DNA of 60,000 nt from Squalus acanthias (Eukaryota), in assembly GCA_030390025.1 (NCBI GenBank), contig CM059431.1, positions 141,920,001 to 141,980,000 of the forward strand, read 5' to 3'. Position numbers and translations under genes: made by a program. The notes under the pieces are model-generated. The model was given only the letters and a program-made list of their open reading frames with translations. It searched no databases and was not told the DNA's origin. Positions 23,945-35,613 of the stretch are shown here, in pieces. Numbering within the stretch: position 1 is the stretch's first letter; every line of letters begins with the position of its first letter.

Positions 23945-24865
23945 TTCCCCGTCCCCTGTTTCTATTTAAAATGTTTTGGTATTCCCTTTGAGTTTCTCTA
24001 TTTCTAATTAAGCAGTTATTGTGTTTCCTTAACATTGCTTGCCCTCTATTTGTTATTAAACATGATGCGGAGATGCCGGTGTTGGACTGGGGTGGACAAA
24101 AATGAGAAGTCGCACAACACCAGGTTATAGTCCAACAGTTTTATTTGAAATCACAAGCTTTCGGAGCTGCTGCTCCTTCGTCGGGTGAAGTAAAGAAATA
24201 CTTTCTTTACTTCACCCGACGAAGGAGCAGCAGCTCCGAAAGCTTGTGATTTCAAATAAAACTGTTGGACTATAACCTGCTGTTGTGCGACTTCTCATTT
24301 TTGTTATTAAACAGTAACTGTGTTCCCCTGTCAAGTAATTCTATATACATGGATACTATGTTCTTGCGCCCAAATTTCTAATTAAACAGTTACTGTGTTT
24401 CCCTGACATTCCCGTCTCCTCTATTTCTAAATAAAGAGTTACTGTCTCCCCAGTCCCCTATTTCTAAATAAACAGTTACTGTGTTTCCCCATGTCTCATT
24501 TAATTCTATTTCTTATTAGATAGTTTTCTTGATTCCCCTGAATGTCCTTGTCCTCTATTTCTAATTGAACCGTTGCTGTCTTCCCCTGTCCCCTACTTCT
24601 AAATGAAGTGTTATTGTGTTCCGCTGGTCGCTATTTCTAATATCAGTTGCCATATTCCACTGTCCTCTATTTCTAATTAAACCATCACTGTGTTCGTCTA
24701 TATTCCCTTTAGACTATTTCAAATTAACAGTTAATTTATTGCACTTCATTTTCCTGTTCTCCATTTCTAATTAAACATTTACAGTGTTCCCCTGAATACT
24801 CCTTTATTCTAATTCTACTTTTGCTGCCCGTGTTCCCCTGAACTCCCCTGTTCTCTAGATTTAAT
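23945..24865. repeat. Degenerate ~35-45-bp minisatellite (TATTTCTAATTAAACAGTTACTGTGTTCCCCTGTCCC)
   Basis: Recurring TATTTCTAATTAAACAG core. Confidence 0.85.
24063..24299. mobile_element. Palindromic mini Penelope-type insertion with hammerhead motifs on both strands
   Basis: 103-bp arms 24096-24198 and 24202-24304, 3-nt loop, one mismatch; 14-bp TSD TTTGTTATTAAACA at 24049-24062 and 24300-24313. Confidence 0.9.
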
Positions 24866-25584
24866 ATGAAGATTAGGAAGGAAGCCTGTTCCATAGATAG
24901 ACAGTCGCTCACTGAAATAATGTTTCCAGAGATTAGTTTTGAATTTACTTCTTCAATCTCAGGCCGTGTCCTCTGGTTCCCCTGTTGTGGACAAGGTGAA
25001 ACAGCTCATCATGGTCCACCTTATCTTAGTGGATTAAGAACAGTGTCTCGCATACATTCAGGTCCCGGATATTCCTGTAACCTTTGTATGTTTGTCATAG
25101 GATCGTTAACATGAAAAGTATAATTAAACTGCTGGTGTTGGGGTCAACTACAATTCAACAGTTTCAGAGTTTTACATTATATTTTAATTCAGAATCTAAC
25201 AGCCTATGTCTTCTGCCTCTATATCATCCAAAGCAGACTTGTCCTGTTACTAAAATTTCACGATGAAATCTCACTTACAAACATTCTACTTCACTACAAA
25301 GTCGCTAAAAAATAAACGCTGTGAGTGTCCCGCATGATCTCATTGGATTTACTGAGGTCCGAACCGCCAGTAAAGTTCGCACCTACCTGGTGCCTCCGTA
25401 CCTTCGATGACTCGCGCTCCTGGGTCTGCAGGCCTACACCTGAGTAAAGGCCCACATATCCCAGGAGCACATGCGGTTCATAACCGTCCCTGGGATCATG
25501 TGTGCCGGCCCAATCAATCACAAAGGGAGGTCGCTATTTCTAATATCAGTTGCCATATTCCACTGTCCTCAGAAAAAATCATTC

Positions 25585-26210
25585 TCTAACACAATGTTTT
25601 TTGAAAAACCACTGACTTATCTTTCTGAGGTCCAAAGTGGATGATCAGACACTTCCCCACATTGAAATCCATTAATCACAGATTTCACAGTCACATAACG
25701 CAGCAATGTCCTTTTACAATTCACTGCTCCAACCTACACTGCTTACTGTGCTCCAAACTTAGTGCCATCAGTAAACTTGTATATCCGGTTCTCTATTCCT
25801 TCATCTAAGTCATTTATCAATATAGTGAAAATCTGAGGCCGCAGTCCAGATCCCAGAGGACACCACTAGTCACATCCTGCCAATTGGAGCACATACCCAT
25901 TATCCATACTCTGTGCCTCCTACCTCCTAGCCAATTCCCTACCCGTGTCAATACGTTGCCTCAAATTCCATGCGCTTTGTTTTTTTCTAACAGGCTCTTG
26001 TGAGGAACCTTATCAAATGCCTGCTGGATGTCGTTATATTAAATCTAGTATATCCCTCCGGGTGTTTTAGTTTTCGTATTCTCTATGTCTCTATTAGTTT
26101 TTCCTTTCCTCTACTTTGAAGACCGATACAATGCAATTATTTAACATGTCTGCCATTTCTTTACTTTCAACTACAAAGTCGCCTGCGTCGGTTTTTAAGG
26201 TGCCCGCATT
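25585..26210 (-). mobile_element. Decayed CR1 RT fragment
   Basis: Similar to the RT region of the other CR1 copies (GGACACCACTAGT, ACCTTATCAAATGCC). Confidence 0.75.
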
Positions 26211-26479
26211 ATCCTGAGCCTCTCTGTGAGACCGTAAATAATTATGTTAATGTCCATCATTTTTTTGCAGATTGAACGAAATGCTCATACGTTTGACGGG
26301 TGACAGTGAAAATATAATAGGTTTTCTGCTCTGCATGTCTGGAACATTTAACCTTCCCGTTTTGTGCACTGTATTTTAAGAGTTTGGTTTAAAATATTCA
26401 GTGCGTATGAAACCTGGAATCTGCTGCAGCCGTTGTTAAATTTAAAAGGATTGTAGTCCCTTTCACACGAGAACAAACG

Positions 26480-26965
26480 TTCATGAGCAGCAAGTTCCCA
26501 CAGATTGTTTCCGCCCGGTGTTTCCCCATTGAGGCCCAAAGAAAGTTTCCCTCGCTCCGGTATCTGTAAATGCTGCTAGAAGGCTGAGTGGCCCGGATAT
26601 AATCGCCTCGCCTTTTCGGAAGCCTGTGCTGAGTGTACGGGGAGATTTGGCCCGGGCCGTGGCAGCTTGCATTCCAGGGATGGGCAGTAACCCGCTGATT
26701 GAGGCTGCATTCGCCGCTGTCCGCTGGCAGCGGGTGATTGGAGAGTGCGGGACCGGAATGTTGCTGCTTGTTCCGGCCTCACTCAGTCTGGAGCGCGGGA
26801 AGAGCGAATCATTGATGGGTTTGTTCCCGGGTTTGAAATGCGGCTTAGAACTGCTGTTGACCGAGGCAGCGCTGCAGGATCTTTGAATCACAATTCAACT
26901 GATATCAGTCGGAATGTGCAGCTTTGAGAGGGGCTTTCTGCACCGTCAGTACTGTTGACGGGAGC
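26480..26965. promoter_or_regulatory. CpG-rich island-like segment of unknown function
   Basis: Locally high GC and CpG content against AT-rich flanks; no recognisable protein. Confidence 0.35.
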
Positions 26966-26979
26966 GAGTGAGAGAGCAT

Positions 26980-27552
26980 CGGAACATAGGAACAGGAGGA
27001 GGCCATTCAGCCCCTTGAGCCTGTTCCGCCATTCCAAGAGATCAAGGCTGATCTGCGACCTAACTCTATACATCCGTCTTTCATATCTCTTCATACCTTT
27101 AGTTAACAAAAAACTAACAATCTCAGATTTTAACTTTACAATTGATCTAGCATCAATTGCCATTTCCGGAAGAGAGTTCCAAAATTCTACCACCCTTTGT
27201 GTGTAGAAGTGTGTCCTAATTTCACTCCTGAAATGTCTGTCTCTAATTTTTAGACTATGCCCCCTCCTCCTAGAATCCCCAAATAGCAAAAATAGTTTCT
27301 CGCTATCTACGTTATCTGTTCCCCTTAATATCTTGAAAAATTCGATCAGGTACCCCTTAACCTTCTAAACTCCAGTGAATACAATCCTAATTTGTTTAAT
27401 CTCTCCTTGTAACTTAACCCTTGAAGTCCGGGTATAATTCTGGTAAACCTACGCTGCACTCCCTCCCAGACCAATATATCCTTCCTAAGGTGTGGTGCCC
27501 AGAACTGTTCACAGTACTCCAGGTATGGTCTAACCAGCATTTGTATAGTTGC
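26980..27552 (-). mobile_element. CR1 3' fragment
   Basis: [39 protein letters not shown] tail. Confidence 0.9.
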
Positions 27553-28344
27553 AGCGACAGTGCATACAGAGATACAGAGACACTGTAGAGTTTGAATGTG
27601 TACAGAACCGAACTGAGAAACAGCAAATATAACACAGCTGAGAGATGTTGTATTTTGTTAATATCGAAACACAAATGTGAATTATTCTATATTCCTAATA
27701 TGTAATTGAACAAATTCTCAAAATATTTCTGTCCAGTTCCGAAACAGAGATATTTCCTGTGTTAAGCAAACATGATAACCAGTGCACTACGGAAATATGG
27801 CAGCAAGAATGATTTTAGGAACATAACCAGCCGTGCTGCACTTCAGAAATTATTTTTGCAGAAAAAGAATTTCGGTGCTCTATTGAGGAAGGCTGTAGAG
27901 AATGGCAGAAATTGATCTGTTAGTAGAATCATAGAATGACACAGCACAGAAGGAGGCAATTCACCCATCCTGCCTGTGCCGGCTCTTGGAAAGAGCTCGA
28001 CAATTAATTCCACTCACCTGCTCTTTCCCCACAGCCCTGCACATTTAACACTTTCAAGTAATTATCCAATTCCATTTTGAAAACTGAGAGTTTGGAAAAA
28101 CAATATTCTCAGAGGTGCTGGAGCCTCTGCAGTGTCGATGCACAGTGTGTGGTGACTGACGAAGTTTCCTGATCCAATTACATAAAACTGGATACCGGGA
28201 TTCTTATACAGTTTCTAAAAAAAATAATTTGTGGAATTGATTTCAAATCGAAATTTTTAAACAGTTTATTCCGGTCAAACGAGTTCTTATTTGCCGAGTT
28301 GGTATATACAATGCAATCACACGAGCTGTATAATCGGTTACAGA

Positions 28345-28640
28345 GGCAGTTATACAAAGGGGAGAAAGTGTTGCTACAGCTGTACAAATTCCTGGTTAGA
28401 GCACCTCTGGAGGACTCTGTACAGTTCTGGGCACCGCACCTCAGAAAGGTTTGACATTGGCCTCGGAAGCAGTGCAGCACAGATTCACCAGAATGTTTCC
28501 AGGGTCCAATGGTTAGATTATTAGGCGAGATTACATAAACTAAGCTTGTATTCCTTGGAATATAGAAGGTTAAGCGCTGATTTCATTGAGATTTTTAGAA
28601 TTATGAAAGGAATAAATAGAGTTAAACTAGAGAAACGTGT
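28345..28640 (+). mobile_element. CR1 RT C-terminal fragment
   Basis: Degenerate LQLYKFLVRA.LEDSVQFW region. Confidence 0.75.
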
Positions 28641-29829
28641 TGTTGACTTGATCAGTGTGCACAGGACCCTTACTTAGAAAAATGATCGATAACTTTCAAT
28701 GACGTTGGAGTATTTTTGTTGTCCTATTCTGCAAATTCTGTCATCAATCTACCCGCTGAAAGGGTCTGGTAGCACAGGTGTTGGACAAACTCCATGTGTC
28801 ATTATACAAGTCAGTTGCTTTACACGTGGTGCGTTGTGCTCTCATCTTGAAATGCGAGTCTCTTCAACATCCAATACAAACTGAATTGCAAACTTGAAGG
28901 ACAAGCATAGGAATACAAGTCACTAGTGAACACAAACCACATGCTGCTCATTTTCAAAGTCATGGCAGTCAGCTTTTACATAAAGTGAAATAAATGTGCA
29001 TTGATAAGATTTGGAAATAGATGTTACTTGTATTTGTGTGTTTTGTTGTTCTATTTATTAAACTTTCTGGCGTCTGACTCCCGTTGAGTCTCTTCTTCCT
29101 CTATTGAATTTGAAAGGAGGAGTTTGACGTTGGCCAGACCCGCACTGCGCCTGATATTTGTGAGCTCATCTTATATTTAGTGTTTTATGCCCCTTTGATC
29201 GGCGTCAGCTTTAGCTCATTATATTATACAAATATGGAACTGTTAAGATGGTTGACCCAAACTGCTCAAAGCCTTCGGTTTTAAGGAGGGTCTAAAAGGA
29301 GGTGAGGGAGGGGTAAAGATGGAGGGGTTTAGGCAGGGAGTTCCAGAGCATGACGCCTACACAAATATTGCATCATGTTCGCATGTGCCTGCTGTCAGAC
29401 CGCAGTGTTTTACAACGTTTTGCATTGAAAAAATACAGTTAGTAGCTGCAGCTAAATTATCACTAAAATGGCCCAGCGTGTTTTAAATTGTTTTCCCTAA
29501 TACCAGCTGTAGAATAGCCACACATTCAATGTAGCCTCACACGGTGCGATGGCGTGTTCCAGTTCTATATATGGAGATACAGAATCAATTTCCATCAGTT
29601 TATTTGAACCCAATAACTTAATATATTTCGAACGGGTTGGATGGAGGAACATGATCCATCGGCATGTTTTTATCATTAGATTTGAAATGAGTACTCATAA
29701 AATTATTTGGTTGGAAATTTACCAGATAACAGCACAGCTGGCAATGTGTGCGGAATATTTTCTTGCAGCCAAAGCACACATTGACAATCTGGCAATGAAT
29801 CACAAAGGGAAAAAAACCGTTAAAATCTT

Positions 29830-29843
29830 CGTCCCTGGGTGGA

Positions 29844-29874
<31 letters not shown>

Positions 29875-29904
29875 AAACGCGCTAACCGATTGCGCCACAG
29901 AGAC
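29830..29904 (-). tRNA. tRNA-Asn (GTT), variant or young pseudogene
   Basis: GTCTCTGTGGCGCAATCGGTTAGCGCGTTTGGCTGTTAACCGAAAGGTTGGTGGTTCAAGCTCCACCCAGGGACG, nearly the vertebrate Asn-GTT sequence; 8-nt T-loop; T4 and T7 terminator runs downstream. Confidence 0.92.
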
Positions 29905-30304
29905 GTCCGGGTGCTGGCGTCTAAAATTCCCTAAACCAGGCTGTCAGTTTGTTACAGTTTTAGATTGCTGCGACCGGAATAGCAATTGTCCACTCTCAGT
30001 TTTATATTTCCAAATTAAAGAATGGGAATTCATTGTGAACACACAGAGACTATCTGGTCCGCATACTGCAGACACACCCATGTCACCGTGAACCAGCTCT
30101 CCTGCTAACGGTGCGGTCTCCCTTCCAGCCTTTTGGTGCCTTGTTTGTTCCGAATTACTCTGATTGTACCGAAACCAACGTTGCGTTTGATTTCCTGATC
30201 TGCAGTAACGAGAATCCTTTAAATGTCTCAGTGCAGTTAATGTCACCGATATCATCAGAGAAGATGTTCCAGCGTCTGAAACCAGGTAACGGTGCCTTAA
30301 CCGC

Positions 30305-31844
30305 CTGTGTGAGGCAAGGGAGGAGATTGCAGGGGCTCTGACACAAATTTTCAGAAACTCTCTGACCACAGGGGAGGTGCCAGAGGACTGGAGGACAGCT
30401 AACGTATTACCATTAGTCAAGAAGGGTAGTAGGGATAAACCAGGAAATTACAGGCCAGTGAGCCTAACATCAGTGGTAGGGAAATTATTGGAAAAAATTC
30501 TGAGGGGCAGAATTAGTCTCCACTTGGAGAGGCAAGGATTAATCAAGGATAGTCAGCATAGCTTTGTCAGGGTGGAGGTCATGTCTAACCAATTTGATTG
30601 AATTTTTCGAGGGGGTGACTAAGTGTGTGGATGTGGGTAGTGCAGTTGATGTAGTCTACATGGACTTCAGTAAGGCTTTTTGACAAAGTCCCGCATGGGA
30701 GACTGGTCAAGAAGGTAAGAGCCCATGGGATCCAGGGCAATTTGGCACATTGGATCCAAAATTGGCTTAGTGGCAGGAAGCAGAGGGTGATTTGTGAAGG
30801 TTGTTTTTGTGACTGGAAGCCTGTGTCCAGTGGTGTACCGCAGGGATCGGTGCTGTGTCCCTGGCTGTTTGTAGTGTGCATTAATGATTTAGATATGAAT
30901 GTAGGCGATATGATCAGTAAGTTCGCAGATGACACGAAAATTGTTGAAGTGGTAAATAGCGAGGAAGCAGGCCTCAGGCTAGAGGACGATATAGACGGGT
31001 TGGTCAGATGGGCAGAACAGTGGCAAATGGAATTTAACCCTGAAAAGTGTGAGGTGATGCATTTTGGGAGGACTAACAAGGCAAGGAATACACAATGAAC
31101 GTTAGGACCCTCGGAGGGACAGAGGATCAGAGGGACCTTGGTGTGCATGTACATATATCCCTGAAGGCAGCAGGACAGGTAGATAAGGTGGTTAAGAAGG
31201 CATTTGGGATACTTGCCTTCATTAGCCGAGGCATAGAATATAAGAGCAGGGAGCTTATGATGGAGCTGTACAAAATGCTAGTAAGACCACAGCTGGAATA
31301 CTGTGTGCAATTCTGGTCGCCACACTCTAGGAATGATGTGATTGCATTGGAGAGGGTGTAGAGGAGATTCACCAGGATGTTACCTGGGCTGGAGCGTTTC
31401 AGCTATGAAGAGAGACTGGTCAGGCTGGGGTTGTTTTCCATAAAGCAGAGAAGGCTGAGGGGGACCTGATTGAGGTGTACAAAATAATGAGGGGCATAGA
31501 TAGGGTAGATAGAAAGGAACTTTTCCTCTTAGTAGCGGGGTCAATAACCAGGGGACATAGTTTCAAGGTAAGGGGCAGGAGGTTTAGAGGGGATTTGAGG
31601 AAAAACTTTTCACCCAGAGGGTGGTTGGAATCTGGAACTCACTGCCTGAAAGGATGGTAGAGGCAGGAACCCTCACAACATTCAAGAAGCATTTAGATGA
31701 GCACTTGAAACGCCATAGCATACAAGGCTACGGACCAATTGCTGGAAAATGGGATTAGAATAGATGGGGTTTGATGGCCGGCTCAGAAACGATGGGCCGA
31801 AGGGCCTCTTTCTGTGCTGCATAACTCTTTGACTCTATGACTCT
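30305..31844 (+). mobile_element. CR1 RT/3' part (inner nested element, copy A)
   Basis: WRTANV, NYRPVSLTS, KFADDTK, VRPQLEYC; CTATGA tail. Confidence 0.93.
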
Positions 31845-33058
31845 AAAATTCATAGATTCTGGAACGGTTCCCGTGGATTTGAATGTAGCAAATGTAAACC
31901 CACTATTGAAGAAAGGAGGGAGAGAGAAAACGGGGAACTACAGACCAGTTAGCTGACATCAGTAGCAGGGAAAATGCAAGAATCTATTATTAAGGAAGTG
32001 GTAACAGGGCTCTTAGAAAATAATAATAGGATTGGGCAGAGTCAACCCGGATTTATGAAAGGGAAATCGTGTTTGACAAATCAGTTAGAAATTTCTCATT
32101 TTGTAACTAGCAGAATACATAAGGGGGAACCAGGGAATGTGGTGTATTTGGATCTTCAGAAGGAATTCGATAAGGTGCTACACAATGGGTTATTAAACAA
32201 AATTAGTGCTCATGGGATTTGGGGTAATGTACAAGTATGAATTAAGGATTGGTTAACGGACAGAAAACAGAGAGTAGGAATAACCGGTTCTTTTTCGGTT
32301 TGGCAGGCTGTATCTAGTGGGGTACCGCAAGGATCAGTGCTTGGGCCTCAGCTATTCAGAAACTACATCAATGATTTGGATGAGTGGACCAAAAGTAATA
32401 TATCCAAGTTTGCTGATGATGCAAAGTTGGGTGGGAATGCAAGTTGTGAGGAGTATACAAGGAGGCTTCAAGGGGATATAGACAGGGTGAGTGGGCAAGA
32501 ACTTGGCAAATGTCATAAAATGTGGAGAAATGTGAAGTTATCCACTTTGGTAGGAAATCTAGAAAAATAGATTATTTTTAAATGGTGAGAGATTGGGAAA
32601 TGTTGTTGTTCAGAGAGAGCTGGGTCTCCTTGTACACGAATCACTGAAAGTTAGCATGCAGGTGCAGCAAGCAATTAGGAAAGCAAATGGCATGTTGGAC
32701 TTTAATACAAGAGGATTTGAGTTTAAGATGAAAGACATCTTACTGCAATTATATAGGGCCCTGGTGAGACCACACCTGAAGTATTGTGTACAGTTTTGGT
32801 CTCATTACCTAAGGAGGGATATACTTGCTATCGAGGGAGTGCAACGAAGATTCAGCAGACTGGTTCCTGGTATTGGAGATTGTCCTATGGAGAGAGATTA
32901 AATAGACGAGGCCTATAAGCTCTAGTAATGAGAAGAATGAGAGGTGATCTCATTGAAACATACAACGTTCGTACTTGGCTTGACAGGGTAGATGCGGGAA
33001 GGATGTTTGCCCTTATTGGGGAGTCCAGAATCAGACATCACAGTCTCAGAATAAGGGG

Positions 33059-33271
33059 AAGTCGCAAAACACCAGGTTATAGTCCAACAGATTTATTTAA
33101 TTTTACAAGCTTTCGGAACAGTTCGCTCCTTCGTCAGGTCTGCTAACTTACCTGACGAAGGAGCGAACTGTTCCGAAAGCTTGTAAAATTAAATACATCT
33201 GTTGGACTGTAACCTGGTGTTGTGCGACTTCTCATTTTTGTCCACCCCAGTCCAACGCCGGCATCTCCACA
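33059..33271. mobile_element. Palindromic mini Penelope-type insertion with hammerhead motifs
   Basis: 82-bp arms 33058-33139 and 33150-33231; 13-bp TSD TCAGAATAAGGGG at 33046-33058 and 33272-33284; empty site in the paralog at 55162-55174. Confidence 0.92.
33148..33186 (+). ncRNA. Minimal type I hammerhead ribozyme motif, intact core
   Basis: TTAC-CTGACGA-A-GGAGC-GAACT-GTTCC-GAAA-GC-TT-GTAA. Confidence 0.8.
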
Positions 33272-33924
33272 TCAGAATAAGGGGTCAGCAATTTAGGACT
33301 GAGATGAGGAGACATTTTTCACTCAGTGGCCGCTGAATCTTTGGAATTCTGTAACACAGAGAGGGCTATGGACTCTGAATCGTTGAGTATATTCAAAACA
33401 GAGATTGATTGAATTTTGAATATGAATGGAATTAATGGATATGGGAATATTGCAGGAAGGTGGAGATGACGTAGAAGATCAGACATGATCTTATTGAATG
33501 GCGGAGTAGGCTCGAAGGGCCGAGTAGCTTTCTTTTACTCCTATTTCTTATATTGTTATGTTCTTAAGATCGGGGTGAAATCATAGAATGATACAGCACA
33601 GAAGGAGAGGATTCGGCCCATTGTGTCCGTGTCGGCTCTTTGAAAGAACAAACCCATCAGTCTCACTCACTGCTCTTTTCGCTAGCCCAACATTACTTTA
33701 TCCTTTTAAAGTATTTATCCAAATTCCTTTTGAAAGTTCCCATTGAATCTGCTTCTACGGCCCTTTCAGGCAGTGCATTTCAGCACATAAGAACTCATTG
33801 TGTAAAAATTCAGTCTCCTGATCACCCCCTCTGTTTGTTTTAACAATTGCCTTAAATCTGTGCCTTTGGTTTCTCGACGCACCTGCCAATAGAAACGCTT
33901 TCTCCTTCTTTATTCTAGGGATCA

Positions 33925-34328
33925 GCCAGAGCTCAGTGTATTGCCCTCACGAGTCAGTAGCTCGTGGGTTCAGATCCCACTCCAGAAACTTGAAGCACTG
34001 CACCAGCAGAGGTGCCGTACTTCAGATGAGATGTTAAAACGAGGTCACATCTGCCCTCTCGGAGGGATGTAAAATATCCCATGGTTATTTCGAAGTAGAG
34101 CAGGGGAATTCTCCCATGTTCCCTGGGCCATTATTTATCCAGCAACCAACATCACTGAACACAGATTATCTGGTCAATATCCCATTGCTGTTTGTGGGAG
34201 CTTGCTGTGCAAATTGCCTGTCACGTTCCGTGTCACATTATAACAGTCACTACATTTCATAAAGTATTTCATTGTCTGTAAAGCACTTTGGTCTGCCACG
34301 AGGTTGTGACAGGTGCTATATAAATGCT
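33925..34328 (+). mobile_element. tRNA-headed Deu-domain SINE (DeuSINE/SacSINE1-like), copy A
   Basis: GGTTCAGATCCC B-box-like head; GAGGTGCCGT..GATGAGATGTTAAA..CAGATTATCTGGTCA..GCTGTTTGTGGGAGCTTGCTGTG Deu core; GCTATATAAATGC tail (recognised from memory). Confidence 0.75.
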
Positions 34329-34639
34329 TTATCAGAACCCATCGTATTTTTGAACACGTCTATTAAATGTTCACGTAACCTTCTCTGCTCTAAATAATTC
34401 CTCTGGGATTCTACCTGTAGGGCCTCTGTAATTTTGGCAGGAATTCCGTTGTGTCCGCACAGGCCATTCTTGGGAACCATCCGGATTTCAAGGCTGTATG
34501 TGTTAGCCAAGAATGCCTGACGGCTAATCATGGTCCTTGCTTTTGATTTGCTCCTGTAGCGTGGCGACACTGGAAGGGCAGCATATGTTATTCATACCTA
34601 GTTGCCCTGAGGGCTTTAAGTGTATAATACTGGCCTTGC

Positions 34640-35420
34640 CGGCATCGATCCATCCCAAGAATGATTCGGTGGCACCGCACACGTGCCGGGCAATGAACAT
34701 CTCCAAAAATAGTGAGCCTAACAATCTCCCCTTGACATTCAATGACATTACCATCGCCCAATTGGCCCATCATCAATAGCGTATGGAGCAACTTTGGCCA
34801 GAATCTCAACCGCACCAGCCACATAAATGCAATGGTACTGGAGCAGGTGAGAGGCGTGTTATTCTGTGGTGAGTTTCTCACCTCCTGATTCCACAGTGAC
34901 TTTTCACCACCTACAAGTCACAAGTCAGGAGTGTGCTGGAATACTCTCGAATTGTCTGTATGAGATGCAGCTCCAACAACACTGAAGAATCTCGACATCA
35001 TCGAGAATACAGTCCGCTTGATGAGCACTCCATCCACCATATTGAACATTCACTCCCTCCACCACAGTCGCAACGCGGCTGCTGTGAGTAGCAGCTACAA
35101 AATGGACTGCAGAAACTCGCCAAGGATTTTTCGACAGAAGCTTTCAATCCACGAACTCTATCACCGAGAAGGACAAGGACAGCAGACGTATGTGAACACC
35201 ATCAACTCCAATTCCTCTCCAAGTTACACACCATCCTGACTTGAAAATATATCACCGTTGCTTCATCGTCGCTTTGTCAAAATCCTGGAACTCCCTCCCG
35301 AACAGCACTGTGGGATTGTCTCACTATATGGACTGCAGCGGTTCAAGAAGGTGGCTCACCACGACCTTCTCAAGGGCAATTAGGGATGGTCAACAAATGG
35401 TGTCTCTGCCAGCGAGGCTG
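34640..35420 (+). mobile_element. Decayed non-LTR retrotransposon 3' fragment (family not assigned)
   Basis: YKSQVRSVLEYS-like RT C-terminal motif and KSWNSLP motif; duplicated at ~59360-60000. Confidence 0.7.
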
Positions 35421-35613
35421 ACATCAGTAGAATATTTTTAAAAAACATAACATTGGATATTATACTGAACTTTTAACTCCAACGAGCGGCATTTGTCATC
35501 CTCTGTTGTTCCTCTACAGTTGACCATCCCAAAGCCAAAGTCTTCTAATTCCTAATTGTTTGTCGTGACTGGGAGACCGAGAAAGTATCGCAAAAGAGGA
35601 AAATGGAAATTAC

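Larger units (their letters stand above)
31845..33570 (+). mobile_element. CR1 RT/3' part (outer element, copy A)
   Basis: GKSCLTN, LGPQLF, KFADDAKL, VRPHLKYC; TTATGTTC tail. Confidence 0.9.
30305..35287 (+). repeat. Segmental duplication, copy A (paralogous to 52422-60000)
   Basis: Same ordered series: inner CR1, outer CR1, CR1 tail, DeuSINE, unique spacer, LINE fragment, with identical junctions. Confidence 0.95.

Noticed and set aside
25292..25528. CACTA transposon start (CACTACAAA)
   Set aside because: No matching inverted terminus or 3-bp TSD found
26481..26927. Overlapping ORFs as a gene
   Set aside because: Expected in GC-rich DNA; no domain or convincing splice pattern
28674..28880. 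Minus-strand exon downstream of the PYD exon
   Set aside because: Splice-like ends are present but all three frames contain stops
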